This document shows, in pieces, positions 46,903 to 59,897 of a stretch of 64,000 bases of DNA. The DNA comes from Podarcis muralis. Its lineage: Eukaryota. The DNA lies in NCBI RefSeq assembly GCF_964188315.1, contig NC_135656.1, positions 124,062,001-124,126,000 on the forward strand, read 5' to 3'. A program made the translations under genes and the position numbers. The notes beneath the pieces were generated by a model. The model had not been told where the DNA came from, ran no database searches, and saw only the letters and a program-made list of their open reading frames with translations. Within the stretch, counting starts at the first letter, position 1, and the number at the start of each line of letters is the position of its first letter.

Positions 46903-48439
46903 AGACAACATTGGATCTGTAATAGGGCGGAACTCTAATAAATAGTTCGAAGCAGTCCCCTGCAGAATTGAACTCTCTTGTTCAGTTGTTGGAAGCCGAC
47001 AGAGTATCTCCTTCCCCTGTCACCTTCTCAACCATATATTTTATTAGCCTTAATTTGGGGGTAGATCCAGGAGGCTTTGCCCCAAATTGGCCTGGATTGG
47101 GTGGGGGAGGAGCTGTGCTCTACCTCTTAGTAGTAAGTGAAATACTTACTAAAATACTTACTAATAAGTACTTCCTACAGCAGAATCTGGACCAGAACCA
47201 TGGCTTCCTGTTGGGACAAAAACCATTTCTGGGTAGGATCCATTCTACAAATCAGTTATGGTGCAGAAATACGGGTATTTCTAAAATAAAAGAAATGAAG
47301 AAAAAAGAATTTGGAAATACCCCGGAATAAATATAGTTGTGTTAATTTTTTATTAGGGATCAGATCTCCCTCCACCACTGAAAAACGGCCTGTTTTGCCT
47401 TCAGAGTGGCAATATTAAGGAGAAAAGTTAGATTATTCAGAGGAGCAAACCCTTCCCTGACAGAATTCCTGGTTTCAATATTTATTATAACTGTGTAATG
47501 CATTTTATTCTGTTTTCATTTTTTGTCTCTTGTAATGGCTTCAGCTACACAAATAAATAATATTCAGATTCATATTCGGATGGGATCCAAAGCCTGTGGC
47601 TTTCTATTTCGCTTCTTTTCCCACAGCACAATAATTACTTATTTCAGACTTCCATATGTCATACTATTCTGTTCTCTTTGGAGTGGTTCTAATTGTTTAA
47701 TTATTGTAACAGTTTGTTGTTGTTGTTTTAATCATATATTGTAATCCATCCTGGGGCTTTATGGCAAAGAGCAAGTGAAAAATCTTAAAGAAATAAATAA
47801 AAATATAGAGAGTGTGAAATTATTTGTCCTTCTTTTGGCTTGTATTCAAAGCATCGTCCATCATTTTCAACAGGCAGTGCTGAGTTCTAGTGTTTTTCCA
47901 ACTTGATTTAATTCTAGCTTCTCTCTACTGAAAAATGAAAAGTCATCAGTCTGTCCTCACATGCTCCAAGCTCTTTATTATTTCAGGAATCTTTTTCCTG
48001 TGCCTCTCGCTTCCCCGAAATACTTTTTGAGAAGTAACTTGAATGGCAGACAGCATCCTTAATATCTTCGTAGCAAACGTTTATACATTATCTGGCTGTT
48101 AACTGTATTCCATAAGCCTTACTAAAGGACAATGAAGATTTGCTACCATTTGTATTTTTTCCTCTGTGGCTGGTGGATGTTGCATGGTGGGCAGCAGGTC
48201 AGTGGCGGTGCTTCATGCTCCGGTACCAGGGGTGGGGTGGGGGTGGGGCGGAGAGCAGGTGGGGACGGGGCTGGCACGTGTCCTGGGGCCATGGTGCACC
48301 ATGCGTACTGGGGATGTGGTGTGGTGTGCGTCCTGGGGTCGTGGCACACTGCCCACGGGGCAGTGGCGCCCAGCGCGGGCAGGGAGGCAGCCATGATGGC
48401 ACCCACTGGGATCACGCTCAGTAATTGCTGAGCTTTTGA

Positions 48440-49060
48440 GTTATGCTATACAGAAATATGTATATCCACACAAAACCAGCTTTATAAGAATATAGGAAAC
48501 TGTGAGAGAACAAAAAAAGATTTATCAACTGCTTCAGATTCAGTAAATTTAACGTTTTAGAATATATGAGTTGTGGAAACACTTTCATAAAAGGAGTCAA
48601 GGCAACATATACTAAGTTGATAGTAAATAATGCCCTGACTGAGAATTGTGAAATAGCTAAAGGAACAAAATAAGGCTGCCCATTCTCATCTTTGTTGTTT
48701 ATAATAGTTTTAGAAGTATTGGCACAAAGAATAAGATGTAATCAAGACATTAAAGGTATCTTCTTTTTTGGCGATCACTCGTAGCCGAATAAGATTGTCT
48801 TGCATAAACACAGTTTTAACAAGAAGTCCGTAAGTAAGAGTGGGACAGAGGCAATATAAATTTAAAGTATTTAGCAGGTCTTAAGATTAATAAAGATAAA
48901 ACTATTGGTTAAAAATATAAATGATGAGAGGAAAAATAAATTACAAGTTGTGTCTGCTGGGAGCTATAATCAAAGAAAATCTGGAGGACACCATATTAGT
49001 GGCCCCTCTATCTACAAAAAAGTGGTATGTGAATTTTGTTTAAAATAAAAATAGAGATTT
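48440..49060 (+). mobile_element. Decayed L1 RT fragment, with an RTE 3' tip at about 48760-48835
   Basis: KGTK*GCPFSSLLFIIVLEVL (compare GTRQGCPLSPLLF); AGLKINK. Confidence 0.6.
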
Positions 49061-49659
49061 AGGCCGTGTCATGGAGGTGGATAAGGCTATAAACAAGTAC
49101 TAGCCCTTATGAATATGTCCTCCTTCCATTGTCTGAGGCAGGAAGACTGGGAGTGCCAGTAGTTGGGCATCCCATGTAGGGAAAGGGCTGCTGCACTGAC
49201 CCCTTCCTTGTGGGCTTCCCATTGGGGCAACTGGCTATCCATTTTGAGAATAAGATGCTGGACTTTATGGGCCCTTCAACTGATCCAGTTTCAGGGCTCT
49301 TCTGATGTCAATCATGTTCAGCCAAACTCAACTTTCTCCCTCCTTGAACCTTGTCAGTCTCTTGAGTCAACATGTTTTTCTCCTGCTCTGCACCTGCTCC
49401 CAGAGGAGACCTTTCTTCCCTTTACAATTATCAGAACCACAGTGATCTATTATTATCCCCCTTGCACACCCTTCAAATGCTGCCTTTGGGAACAATAACA
49501 CAAACATCAAAATCAAGAGCAGCAGGAGGTTATTTACTCCACTGTGCCTGAAAAGTTTGATGTATAAAATGTATTGTGTGCCACAACGAGTCCTTGCAGT
49601 CAATATAGAGTTCAGGTGAAAGGGTGTAGGGGATAAGTCCTTGTGAAGCTTAATCGGAG

Positions 49660-49815
49660 CATAGGAAGCTGCCTTCTAGCTTAGTACTATCTACTGACTG
49701 GTGGCAGCTCTCCAAGTAGAGGACATCCTCAGCCCTACCTGGAACAGTTAGGAGAGGTTGGACCTGGCACTTTTGGGTGCAAGCCAATGATCTACCGCTG
49801 AGCTATATCCTTTCC
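49660..49815 (-). mobile_element. tRNA-derived SINE, third family (Squam3-like), diverged
   Basis: Minus strand: agctcagcggtaga A-box; caggtagggctgag; gagagctgccaccagtcagtag; gcagcttcctatg end. Confidence 0.65.
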
Positions 49816-49933
49816 TCTTTGTCTCTGAAGCCAGAGCTGGACATGTCTTTGCAAGAGTTTAGGCTTCTTCTGATTAGCTGGTTATGAAATTGAGAGAAAC
49901 AGTCAGAAGGGAAGTGTAGGCGGTGGATTCAGA

Positions 49934-50142
49934 ATGATAGCACAGCTCTTGTTGCTCCCTCTTGTAACCTGCGGGATGCAGCAGAAGGCAAAATGCTCAC
50001 TGAATCTGGTCAGGGATTTCAATTATGCTGTGAATTTTTACAGACCAGGAAACCATCTCATTAGTGGAATCGTATCTTCAAAATTCATTGGAGATCGTTT
50101 GCCCTTCACCTTCTCCAAAACCCCCTTGAACTGGGTTGATGC
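49934..50142 (+). CDS. V2R-2 exon 1
   Basis: cagaATG as in V2R-1; KAKCSLNL...FYRPGNHLISGIVS; donor GC|GTGAGT, phase 2. Model join(49934..50142,53573..53864,54846..55628,56429..56659,57522..57648,57824..58722) = 846 aa. Confidence 0.87.
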
Positions 50143-50910
50143 GTGAGTAATGCATTGATGTGTTTCTGCTTCACTTCAGTTCCCTGGATGCTCCTGGGTC
50201 AGCCCCTCTGAGATGAAAGTGACTGAAGCCAAGGGTGGGTCTCTACTGGATGTCTATGGGGTCCTGGAGGTCTATGAAGGTGTTGGGGTATGAGTATTGC
50301 AGGTTTTCTGTAGTTAGCCAAAGGAAATTCATTCTCTCATTGTGTCTCATGGAGCGTTTCTTTGCATGAAAACTGTCACTCAGAAAAGTTGCAAGGCAGG
50401 CTTTTTCTTTATAGCTGGGTGCAATGATAGATGGGGAGTACAATTTTTAATGCACAATTATTTCCCCCAGGCACAAAGCAATCTATGCAACTGGAAACTG
50501 TAACTCTCTACAGTACTAGGCTTAGGCAGGTGCTCTTCTCATGCTTTGATTCCAAACATGTCAATCCTTTTATGGGAAGCAATGTTTGTGACATATATAA
50601 TGCCTGGAGAAGACCTTAGATACAGTGGTAGCTCCTGACCACTGGACAAAGCGGAGCCCGGCTTCCGCAATCTTCCCTTCCTGTAATGGGGTGAAGGATT
50701 CCCTGCTGTGGAAGGCTGCTGAGTGTGAGAGATTGTATTAAAAAATATTAGAAGCATTTCATTTATAAAAAAAATAACAGAGTTAGTTTATCATGTGGAA
50801 ATGAATCCTAATACTGTCCACCTAACCAAAGGCTTTACTGTATGTATGTGTTCTCTAAAGTTGCCCAACTCTTGAGATTAAGACCACCAGCAGGTCTCCA
50901 GTGTCTGATA

Positions 50911-51275
50911 AAATGGTAAAGGTAAAGATACCCCTGCCCGTACGGGCCAGTCTTGACAGACTCTAGGATTGTGCGCCCATCTCACTTAAGAGGCCGGGGG
51001 CCAGCGCTGTCCGGAGACACTTCCGGGTCACGTGGCCAGCGTGACATCGCTGCTCTGGCGAGCCAGCGCAGCACACGGAAACGCCGTTTACCTTCCCGCC
51101 AGTAAGCGGTCCCTATTTATCTACTTGCACCCGGGGGTGCTTTCGAACTGCTAGGTTGGCAGGCGCTGGGACCGAGCAACGGGAGCGCACCCGGCCGCGG
51201 GGATTCGAACCGCCGGCCTTTCGATCGGCAAGCCCTAGGCGCTGAGGCTTTTACCCACAACGCCACCCGCGTCCC
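50911..51275 (-). mobile_element. Sauria SINE, full length, subfamily A
   Basis: 14-bp TSD TCCAGTGTCTGATA at 50897-50910 and 51279-51292. Confidence 0.96.
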
Positions 51276-51292
51276 TTTTCCAGTGTCTGATA

Positions 51293-52210
51293 CTTGACAA
51301 TAAATAAGCATGATGGTATAATTCCAGATTTGCAATTCCAAAGCCACCTTCCTTAATTTGTAATGGCACTTTCTGCAATGATATTCTCAGTACATTTGAC
51401 CTCCAAAGACATTTCCTAAACAGGGGGTTTTTCTTCTGGAAATATGATTGGGATATAAAAACTGGAAGTCCTCTCAGACTATAAATGAATCTGGGAATAA
51501 TGTTCATTTTCAGAGCATTCACCATTTCCCCAAAGGATAAGGTTTATCTATCAATATCTTGGGAGGCCTCTGATTATTTTGTTTGTATTAACTGTAACTA
51601 ACTGGCATGCTCTGGTCCATGGGGTCACGGAGAGTCAGACACGACTAAATGACTAAACAACAACAACTGAGTTAAATCTCTTGGTATTAACATAATTAAA
51701 TATGTGATAGTTTCGGTACAAATTCAAAATTGATATTGAATGGGTAATTAATTTTTCACCTATTGGCATCAGTTCCAATTTGGACCAATTGATAGAGTAT
51801 CCTGATATTTTACCCAAAGCATTGGTTGTTTGCAACAGATTGGGGATACACATTTGAGGCTTTGAAATAAACAAAAGAATATCATCTGCAAATAACATCA
51901 ATTTATATTCAATAGAATTGTGAACTGCTCTGTGAATCTTACAATGTTGTCTAATGGTGCAAGCCAGGGGTTCTAAACATGTTTGTCTAGTTCCTCGGAC
52001 CAGTGGAAAAAGAGCAGGCATAATACTGTTCACTTTAGCTGTAGCTGAAACATACTGTACTTTAATCCATTTTATAAAACCCAGTGGAAACCCAATTTTA
52101 GTTAAATCTACTTCTATATAGTCTTTATAAATTTTGTTAAAAATCTTCTCAGTGTCTAATGATATTATAAAAATTTGATTCTTATTTCTATTTAAATCTA
52201 TCAAGTTCAC
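51293..52210 (-). mobile_element. L1 RT region, decayed
   Basis: ISLDTEKIF, RGTRQ, LFADDILLF, SGYSINWSK, MNIIPRFIY motifs. Confidence 0.85.
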
Positions 52211-52284
52211 CACTAGTCTATTATTATCTGCAGCTTGTCTTGTTGGTATAAAATCAGTCTGGTCACCCCCCCCCCCCCCCGCTT

Positions 52285-52800
52285 TTTAAAAAATAAATAA
52301 ATTTTATTAGTATTTTTCACACACCAGCAGCAATATGAAAAATATCGAAAAATAACAATACGCAACACACAAAAAACAACATTCGAAAAACTAAAAAAGC
52401 AACAACAACTAAAAAACACACAAACCAAATCCATATCTTACAAGTTAAAAATATAAACACTATAACATAAACATTGAAGTCAGTCTGGTCATTCTTAAAA
52501 ACTATCATTATTACCTAATGCATTTGCTTAAATCACTGTTAAAATCTTCGTAACAACATTAATCAATGATGTGGGTCAACAGTTCCCACAGTTGGTATGA
52601 TCTTTATCTGGGTAGAACTGTAATATAAGCCTGATCAAATATCTCTCCATACAATCAATGAAGTTTTGCTACTAGTAAATCTATATGTCTACATGTTTAG
52701 ACTCACTTTTGTAATTGTTTCATGTCTTCAAAGTCTTCACCATTCAAAGCGTTCCATTTTTTGTGCATCTGAGAATGTTCCTCCATAGCTTGAGCAGTAT
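52285..52800 (-). mobile_element. L1-like 3' end/UTR
   Basis: Minus-strand AATAAA near 52300, GT/T-rich 3' UTR; adjacent to the L1 RT. Confidence 0.4.
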
Positions 52801-53572
52801 CGTGTATTATTACAGCCAAATCTTGCTGCATCAGTTTAAGAATCTCCATAAGCTATTTTAGGGCAGTGGGATGCAAATAAGTTCTAGCCCCCCCTTTTTT
52901 GGATCGGCTATTGCATGCGCAGTTGAAGGGGCTCCATCCCCCTCAGTAGTTCTGGTATTTATGTTGCTCTTAATTAAGCCTCTTCAAGATTAGGAGTAAA
53001 ATAAGGTAGCAGAGAATTACCCAATTAGCCATGATTTTTGTTTGCACAGTTTAGTATTATAGAAGTATTGTAGAAGTCCAGAAGATATTTAGCGGAGAAA
53101 GGAGAAGGAAGTATCTGCTCATGGGGCCATCTCAGACCGGAATGTAGAGCGTGAGAAATGATGAGCTGTCGGCAGCTGTGTTTGGCTCCATTCCCTGGCT
53201 TCTCCCGAAACGTCATGTGATGTCATGCGTCGTGTGTGATGTCATATGTGCAACCGTCCTCCTCAATCTTAGGTGCAAGTTTTCATTTATTTATTTATTT
53301 ATTTGATTTATATACTGCCATTGATCCTAAGATATCCGGGAAGTTCACAGAATAAAATACTGTTGGCACCTTTTCCGCTGGAGCTGGTGGTGGGTTCAGG
53401 GGGCTGATTTGTTTCCTAGTTTTTTCACCGTTCTCCTCTCCTGCAAAAAATACCATGGACATTGCCTTACTTACTGTGCTCCTTTCCCATTTGGTTTGAT
53501 TTATACAAAAAAGAACGTGACTTTCAATTTCACAGAATCAAATACGACTATGTGGTACAATTCTTTTTGCAG

Positions 53573-53864
53573 TTATTTAAATAAGAGGGGATGGCAAATC
53601 CTTAGCTTCTTGCTGGCCGTTCAGGATGTCAATCATAACTCCAGGCTCCTACCCAACATCACCCTGGGCTACAGCATCTATGAGGCCCTTTTTGATGGCA
53701 GAACGACTTCGGATGCTCTGACAGATCTGCTTGCTGGTGGGAAAATCAATATCCCAAACTACACCTGTGGAAGGCAGAAAAGGTTACTGGCTGTTCTTGA
53801 GCGGGGTGAATCCGACATCTCCATGCACATTGCAGGCATGTTGGGCATCTACAAAATCCCACAA
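53573..53864 (+). CDS. V2R-2 exon 2
   Basis: [23 protein letters not shown]...IPNYTC...YKIPQ; phase 2/0. Confidence 0.93.
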
Positions 53865-54572
53865 GTAAGAATGGTCTTCAAGTCAGGCACACCTGACATT
53901 TGCCATCTCATGAAACAACAAGCCATGCTGAGGATAATAGAACTATATTAATAAATTAATTGAGCAAAATGATACTAAGAAAGGAACCTTATGACCTAGG
54001 AATGGCCATCCACCAAATGAATCTCAGCAGCAGTTTCAAAGTATGGATTAACCTTTAATACAATTGTTCTGGATGGGGTTGGACTCCATACAAAATAACA
54101 GGTTGGGTCTTTGGGATAGTTTGGACATGGTGACCCTCAAGACTTGATTAGTGCAAAGGTGCTCTATATGGGGCTACCCCTGGACCTGGTCTGGAGCCTC
54201 CAAGGGAAGCAAAATTCTACAGCTAGACCTCTGACAGAAATAGGCTATTGCCAACATCTAACACCAGTGCTCTAAATTTGCCCTGTCTGCCCTTATGCTA
54301 CAGGGTTAGGTTCAAGTTTCTTGTATTTGTTTAAAAGAAGCTTAACTATTTGCGTCCAGGATACCTCTAGAACCACCTGATCCATTATGACCCTACTCAG
54401 TCACTTAGCTTTAAGGGTGAGTCATGGTTTGTGGTCCCAAGTGGCTCAGATGCACAGCTTGTTTCCATCCTGAGCTGTGTGCATATTATTGTGGGACCAA
54501 TTTTATATAACTTCCTTCCACTTTAGGTAAAACAAGGCCCTTCTCTATTGACCTTATGTGTCAGGCTGACGA

Positions 54573-54625
<53 letters not shown>

Positions 54626-54845
54626 GCTGCAGGCATTTTAATTGAAGTTTGGTTTAATAGATGTACTTTCTTGGTTCTTTTCTTATTGACTCTTTCTTAA
54701 CTGCTTAGTGACTACTGCAGTTAAGTGGTATATACATTGCTAAAATAAAATTAAAATACTTCCCCCCCCCCCAAATAAGGTTGAGGTTGATAATTAAATT
54801 TGTCCTGAAAAGCAAAGCATCAGTCTCTTTCCCTTCTCTCACCAG

Positions 54846-55628
54846 CTCAGTTCTGGCTTTGTTCTTCATGATAAAAAACAGTCCCCTTTTGTCAACTCTA
54901 TGGCCCCAAATGAAGAAGTTCAGTGCCAGGGGGTGGTTGAACTCCTCCTGCACTTCAGATGGACATGGGTCGGCCTCTTTGCTTCAGATAATGACAATGG
55001 AGAAAAGTTCCTGAGCACCTTGACACCTCTGATGAGCAAAAGGGAAATTTGTGCTGCCTTCACTGAAAGAGTACAACGGAAAACGTCCCTGTGGTTCTCT
55101 CAGGAGCCATCTGCCATGTGGAGACAAGTCAATGTATTTGTTTATTATGCAGATTCTCAGTACGGATTTTTTGTCATCATAGAGGTACAATCTTTCTTTG
55201 AAAGGACACAAACTGGGGGGAAAGTCTGGATCACCACTGGTCTTCAGGACACCATCTTGTTTTATGAGACGGAAGCCTTCCGATATGCCCATGGTTCATT
55301 GTCCTTTGTAATGAAGACCCAAAAGGGGGCAAAAAAGGACTACTATGAGCCAAAAGCTTCTGCTTATTGGAAGAAAGCATTTGGATGTTCATATTTAAAG
55401 CATGCCTTATCTGTGAGGGGTTGGCAAAAATGCAGGGAGAAGGAGAATCAGATGCTGCTGCCCCAGGAGGAGATTGAAGGGATCCACTCCCAAGACAGTT
55501 ATATCACTTACTACAGTGTCCAGGTTGTTGCTCAGGCCTTGAATGCAGCCTATTCATCCAGATCAAAGCGGAGGCTGATGGTGGGTGGAGAAGACGAGAT
55601 GGAACCTCAAAGTCTACAGCCATGGCAG
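54846..55628 (+). CDS. V2R-2 exon 3
   Basis: ctctcaccag|CTC in frame with ORF 54900; LLLHFRWTWVGL, VWITT, YAHGSLSF, WKKAFGC, PWQ|gt; 783 bp. Confidence 0.92.
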
Positions 55629-55849
55629 GTATGGCCTCTTGCTTTTGAAGATTGTGATTTATTTTCCAACTCTGGAATCATCATGATAGGAGCATAGCAT
55701 ACCCTACAAGTGTCCTGGAAAAACTGGGACATCAGCCATGTACCCATGTGACAAAGAGAAGGAATATCCAACCAATGATTTTCACCTTCAAAGGTCTTTA
55801 TAATCTATCTTTATAATCTGTGACTACCAGGTTTCTGGTGCCACTGTAT

Positions 55850-56212
55850 AGCCATCTTGTGGTCTAAACTACTGAATCTCTTGTCGATCGCAAGGTTGGC
55901 AGTTCAAATCTGCACCATGGGGTGAGCTCCAGTTGCCCTGTCCCAGCTCCTGCCAACCTAGCAGTTTGAAAGCATACTAGTGCGAGCAGATAAATATCTA
56001 CTGCTGCGGCAGGAAGGTAAACCCTGTTTCCGTGTGCTCTGGGACTTGTCACAGTCCTCTCCGCACCAGAAGTGGTTTAGTCATGCTGGCCACATGTCTT
56101 GGAAAGCTGTCTGCCAAGAAATGCTGGCTCCCTCGGCCTGAAAGTGGAGATGAGCACCACACTAAAAATCAAATTCAACTAGATTTAACTGTCCAGGGGT
56201 CCTTTACCTTTT
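55850..56212 (+). mobile_element. Sauria SINE, diverged
   Basis: cagctcctgccaacctagcagtttgaaagc core; ggggtcctttaccttt tail. Confidence 0.8.
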
Positions 56213-56428
56213 TTCTTTTAACCTTATAGCCTTTTTTAATATAGTTTCCTTTAAGATTGGTGCTATAGAAAACAAGATCCTGTAGGAGAAAGATGACTCC
56301 CTCCTTCTTAGAACTTTGTGTTCCACCTTTATTAATTCCATGATGACCATTCTTTACATCATTTCTCAAAATCATATCCAATCTTTTCTAATGGATGCCA
56401 TCCGACGTGGTTTTATCTGTTGTTCTAG

Positions 56429-56659
56429 CTTCATTCATTCTTGAAGGAAGTCCATCTGCCTTCTAATACTTCAGCTGATGGACAGTACTTGGATGAGAAT
56501 GGGGCACTGGCCATTGACTTTGATATTGTGAATTGGGTGCTGTTTCCTAATAAGTCGCATGCTGGTGTGAAAATCGGGAGCATAGAGATACAGGAGTCCT
56601 CAAATCTAAAGTTCACCATTAGCCCAGAAATAATAGTATGGCCCACACTGTGGAAGAAG
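56429..56659 (+). CDS. V2R-2 exon 4
   Basis: LHSFLK...LDENG...FDIVNWVLFPN...VKIG...WP; 231 bp. Confidence 0.93.
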
Positions 56660-57521
56660 GTAGGAGAAATGTTATATGCCTTTTTAATATTATGATTTCT
56701 GTTACACTCTAATAGCTGGTTGAACAGTACATAGGAGGCTTTTATTGCAAGCATGGACACTTCCGTGGAGCTACATCCCATTGCGCTGATTGGATCTCAC
56801 TCTTGAATGAGCATGTATAAAAGCTGACAATGAATAAGAGACTTACAAAATGAATTACAAAATGAACAGCTGTAATAAATATATACTCATCCAGCTGGAA
56901 AAGCTTCCTAAAATGAAAATGGGAAGTGCAGATTTGCCTCACAAGCAAATAAGGTGCCAATTTTTGCACTAAGTGCAGCCTTCATGCCAACCTCAACAAC
57001 ACCATTTAGCATTTCAAGCAAAGCAGAAATCAGTCAGTCCAGCCTTATTTCACAACTGCACCAACACATAGCAGATGTGATGGCAACTGTGTCAGGAGTT
57101 GTTTTAGTGCTACATTTTGTGGGACCTTTTTATGATGGCTGGTTCAATTCTCATGTTTGTTCTTATTTTGATCCTAGCATTGCTGTTAGCTTCTTGTTCC
57201 TCAACTCTTTCACGCTGCCTGGATTGTCTGGATGTATAGAAAAGTGCAGTAACAATCTTAAAGGGAAGAAGTAGAAACACAAAAGAGGTTTCACAGCCAT
57301 TCTGCTTGACAATAAGCAAAAAATAAATCACTTTTAATGTTTCACATTTTATAATCTTTTTATATGTGCTGGAAGCTGGCCAGAGTGTCTGGGGGAAACC
57401 CAGACAGATGGGTGGGGTATAAATAATAATAATAATTATTATTATTCTGGGAGCCTTCCAAAACTCAACAATCCCTTTCCTAAAGCCCTTCTATTGCTGC
57501 TCCTTCTATTTTTTTTCCCAG

Positions 57522-57648
57522 ACCACGCCTCATGCAAGATGCACAAAGAGCTGTTGCTCTGGATATGCCAAGAAGATTCAGGAAGGGAAGCCTCCGTGCT
57601 GCTATGACTGTGCTCCCTGCTCAGAAAGGACTATCTCCACTCAGGAAG
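57522..57648 (+). CDS. V2R-2 exon 5 (CRD)
   Basis: [15 protein letters not shown]...[17 protein letters not shown]; 127 bp. Confidence 0.93.
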
Positions 57649-57823
57649 GTAGGACACGACACCAGTGGAAAGAAGCCATGGGGTGAAACTTCTCTACCTG
57701 TGAACTCAGTGTTCTTTCTTGATCTCTCCCATATGCCAACAATTCCCCACAATGGTAACAGCATTCAGACTGGTGTAGTTTTATGACTAATGTTAACATA
57801 CTGAAGTCTCTTTCTCTGTGCAG

Positions 57824-58719
57824 ATGCCAATGAATGCACCAAATGTCCACAAGATCAGCATCCAAACAAGGAGCAAGATCAATGTGTCCCCAAAGCAATC
57901 AACTTCTTGTCCTATGAAGATTATTTGGGGAAACTCCTGGCTTCCTTTGCCCTACTCTTATCCTCAACCACAGGCTTTATTTTGGGAATATTCTTGAAAT
58001 ACAATGAAACTCCCCTAGTCAAAGCCAACAACAGGGACCTCTCCTACATCCTCCTCTTCTCCCTCCTGCTCTGCTTTTTGTCCTCTTTCCTCTTCATCAG
58101 CCGGCCAAGAAAAGTCACCTGTCTTCTCCGACAAACGGTCTTCAGCATTGTCTTTTCATCTGCTGTCTCTTCTGTGTTGGCAAAAACCATCACTGTGATT
58201 CTGGCCTTCTTGGCCACCAAGCCAGGGAACAGGCTGAGGAAATGGCTGGGGAAAAGTCTGGCCAACTCCATTGTCATTTCTTGTTCCACTGTCCAACTTG
58301 TCATCTGCACCACCTGGCTGGGACTTTCTCCTCCATTCCCAGACTTTGACATGAGCTCCCAACCTGCAGAGATCATCTTGCAATGCAATGAAGGGTCTGT
58401 GGCCATGTTTTACGCTGCCCTCGGCTATATGGGATTCCTGTCTGCAATCTGTTTCACAGTGGCTTTCCTAGCCAGGAAGCTGCCTGGAGCCTTCAATGAA
58501 GCCAAGCTGATCACCTTCAGCATGCTGGTCTTCTGCAGTGTTTGGGTGTCCTTTGTTCCCACCTACCTGAGCACCAAGGGGAAATACATGGTAGCTGTGC
58601 AGGTCTTCTCCATCTTGGCTTCCAGTGCTGGGCTTCTGGGCTGCATCTTCATGCCCAAGTGCTTTATTATTATAATGAAGCCCGAACTGAACACGAAAGA
58701 GCACCTGACGGCAAAAAAC

Positions 58720-58722
<3 letters not shown>
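57824..58722 (+). CDS. V2R-2 exon 6 (7TM)
   Basis: ctgtgcag|AT; 899 bp, open to TAG; class C 7TM motifs. Confidence 0.96.

Positions 58723-58760
<38 letters not shown>
58722..58760. repeat. (GA)n microsatellite directly after the V2R-2 stop
   Basis: Direct. Confidence 0.95.
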
Positions 58761-58761
<1 letters not shown>

Positions 58762-59624
58762 TTATCCATCTTTCCTTTCGTTTGTATTAAAAGCATTGTC
58801 AATCAGTTTCAACAGGTGGTGGTGAGTTCTTGTGTTCCTCCAGGGAGCTCAGACATTCAGCTTTTGTTTAAAACTGTCATTTTCCTTTCAGTCTCTCTGT
58901 AATCTCTTTCAGTGGTTTAAACAACCACATTTTATCTGTCCATGTCCCTCGCTTCTCACTGTAATCTCTCCCCACTATCTATTCCTCAGTTGCTTCCTGG
59001 CTGTGAGGCCTGCTAGACCTGCACTCTATTTAACAAGCCTTTTCCCACCTGATCTTAGACAGCACTGGGTCCTGACTGACCAGGTGTAAAGTTCTCTGTC
59101 AAGTTGGGGGATTTAGAGTGTGTGTTCCTGGCATTGAATAGTCAGGACAGATGAGGGATTTTGCTGGTTTACCCATCTCACTCCTCAGCAGTCTCTCTGC
59201 CTCAGCTGACAGAAGTGATCTCGGAGGTAGTGTAGAGGACTCCTAGAATGATAATTTGGGTGGACTTCAACACCCAGGCCAAGGCAAATGATTCCAGGGT
59301 GGCTCAGGACTTCATGGCTGTCAGGATGACCATGGGGCTGTCCCAACATGTCACCATCCCATCGTATTTGACAGGCTACATTCTGGACCTTGTATTTTCA
59401 ACTGGGCAGGAAGAGGGTGATCTGAAAGTGGGGGACATTGCCATCAGTTCCTTGTCAAGTTCAGATCACTTCCTGTTAAGATTGAGGCTATCAGCACCTT
59501 TTCCTCTTTGCAGTTGGTCCACCCTTGGAGGCTACTTGATCCAATGGGCTTCTAGATTGCTCTGTGGTATTTTCCAGTCAATATGTATTTGTATATTTGA
59601 CAATAATTCAGTTTTGAATCTATT

Positions 59625-59897
59625 TCATGTTCCTTGGACATAAATTCTCTTCAAACATATGTGAAACAACCATATGGCATATTATTTCTTGATGCAGAGA
59701 AAGCTTTTGATCGTTTAGAATGGGGCTTTATATATCGTGTATTGGATTATATTGGGCTAGGCAGGGAATCTATCACATGGATCAAGTTCATATATTTTAA
59801 TTCTAAAGTCTATATTTCAGAGAACAGGACAAAATCAGACTCATTCAGATTTTGCAGAGACTGGTCTTTATTCCCCTTGTTGTTTACACTCCCAATT
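59625..59897 (+). mobile_element. L1-like RT fragment, left part, split by CR1
   Basis: ILFLDAEKAFDRLEWGFI...LFPLLFTLPI; resumes as LAEAIRC at about 61208. Confidence 0.75.
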
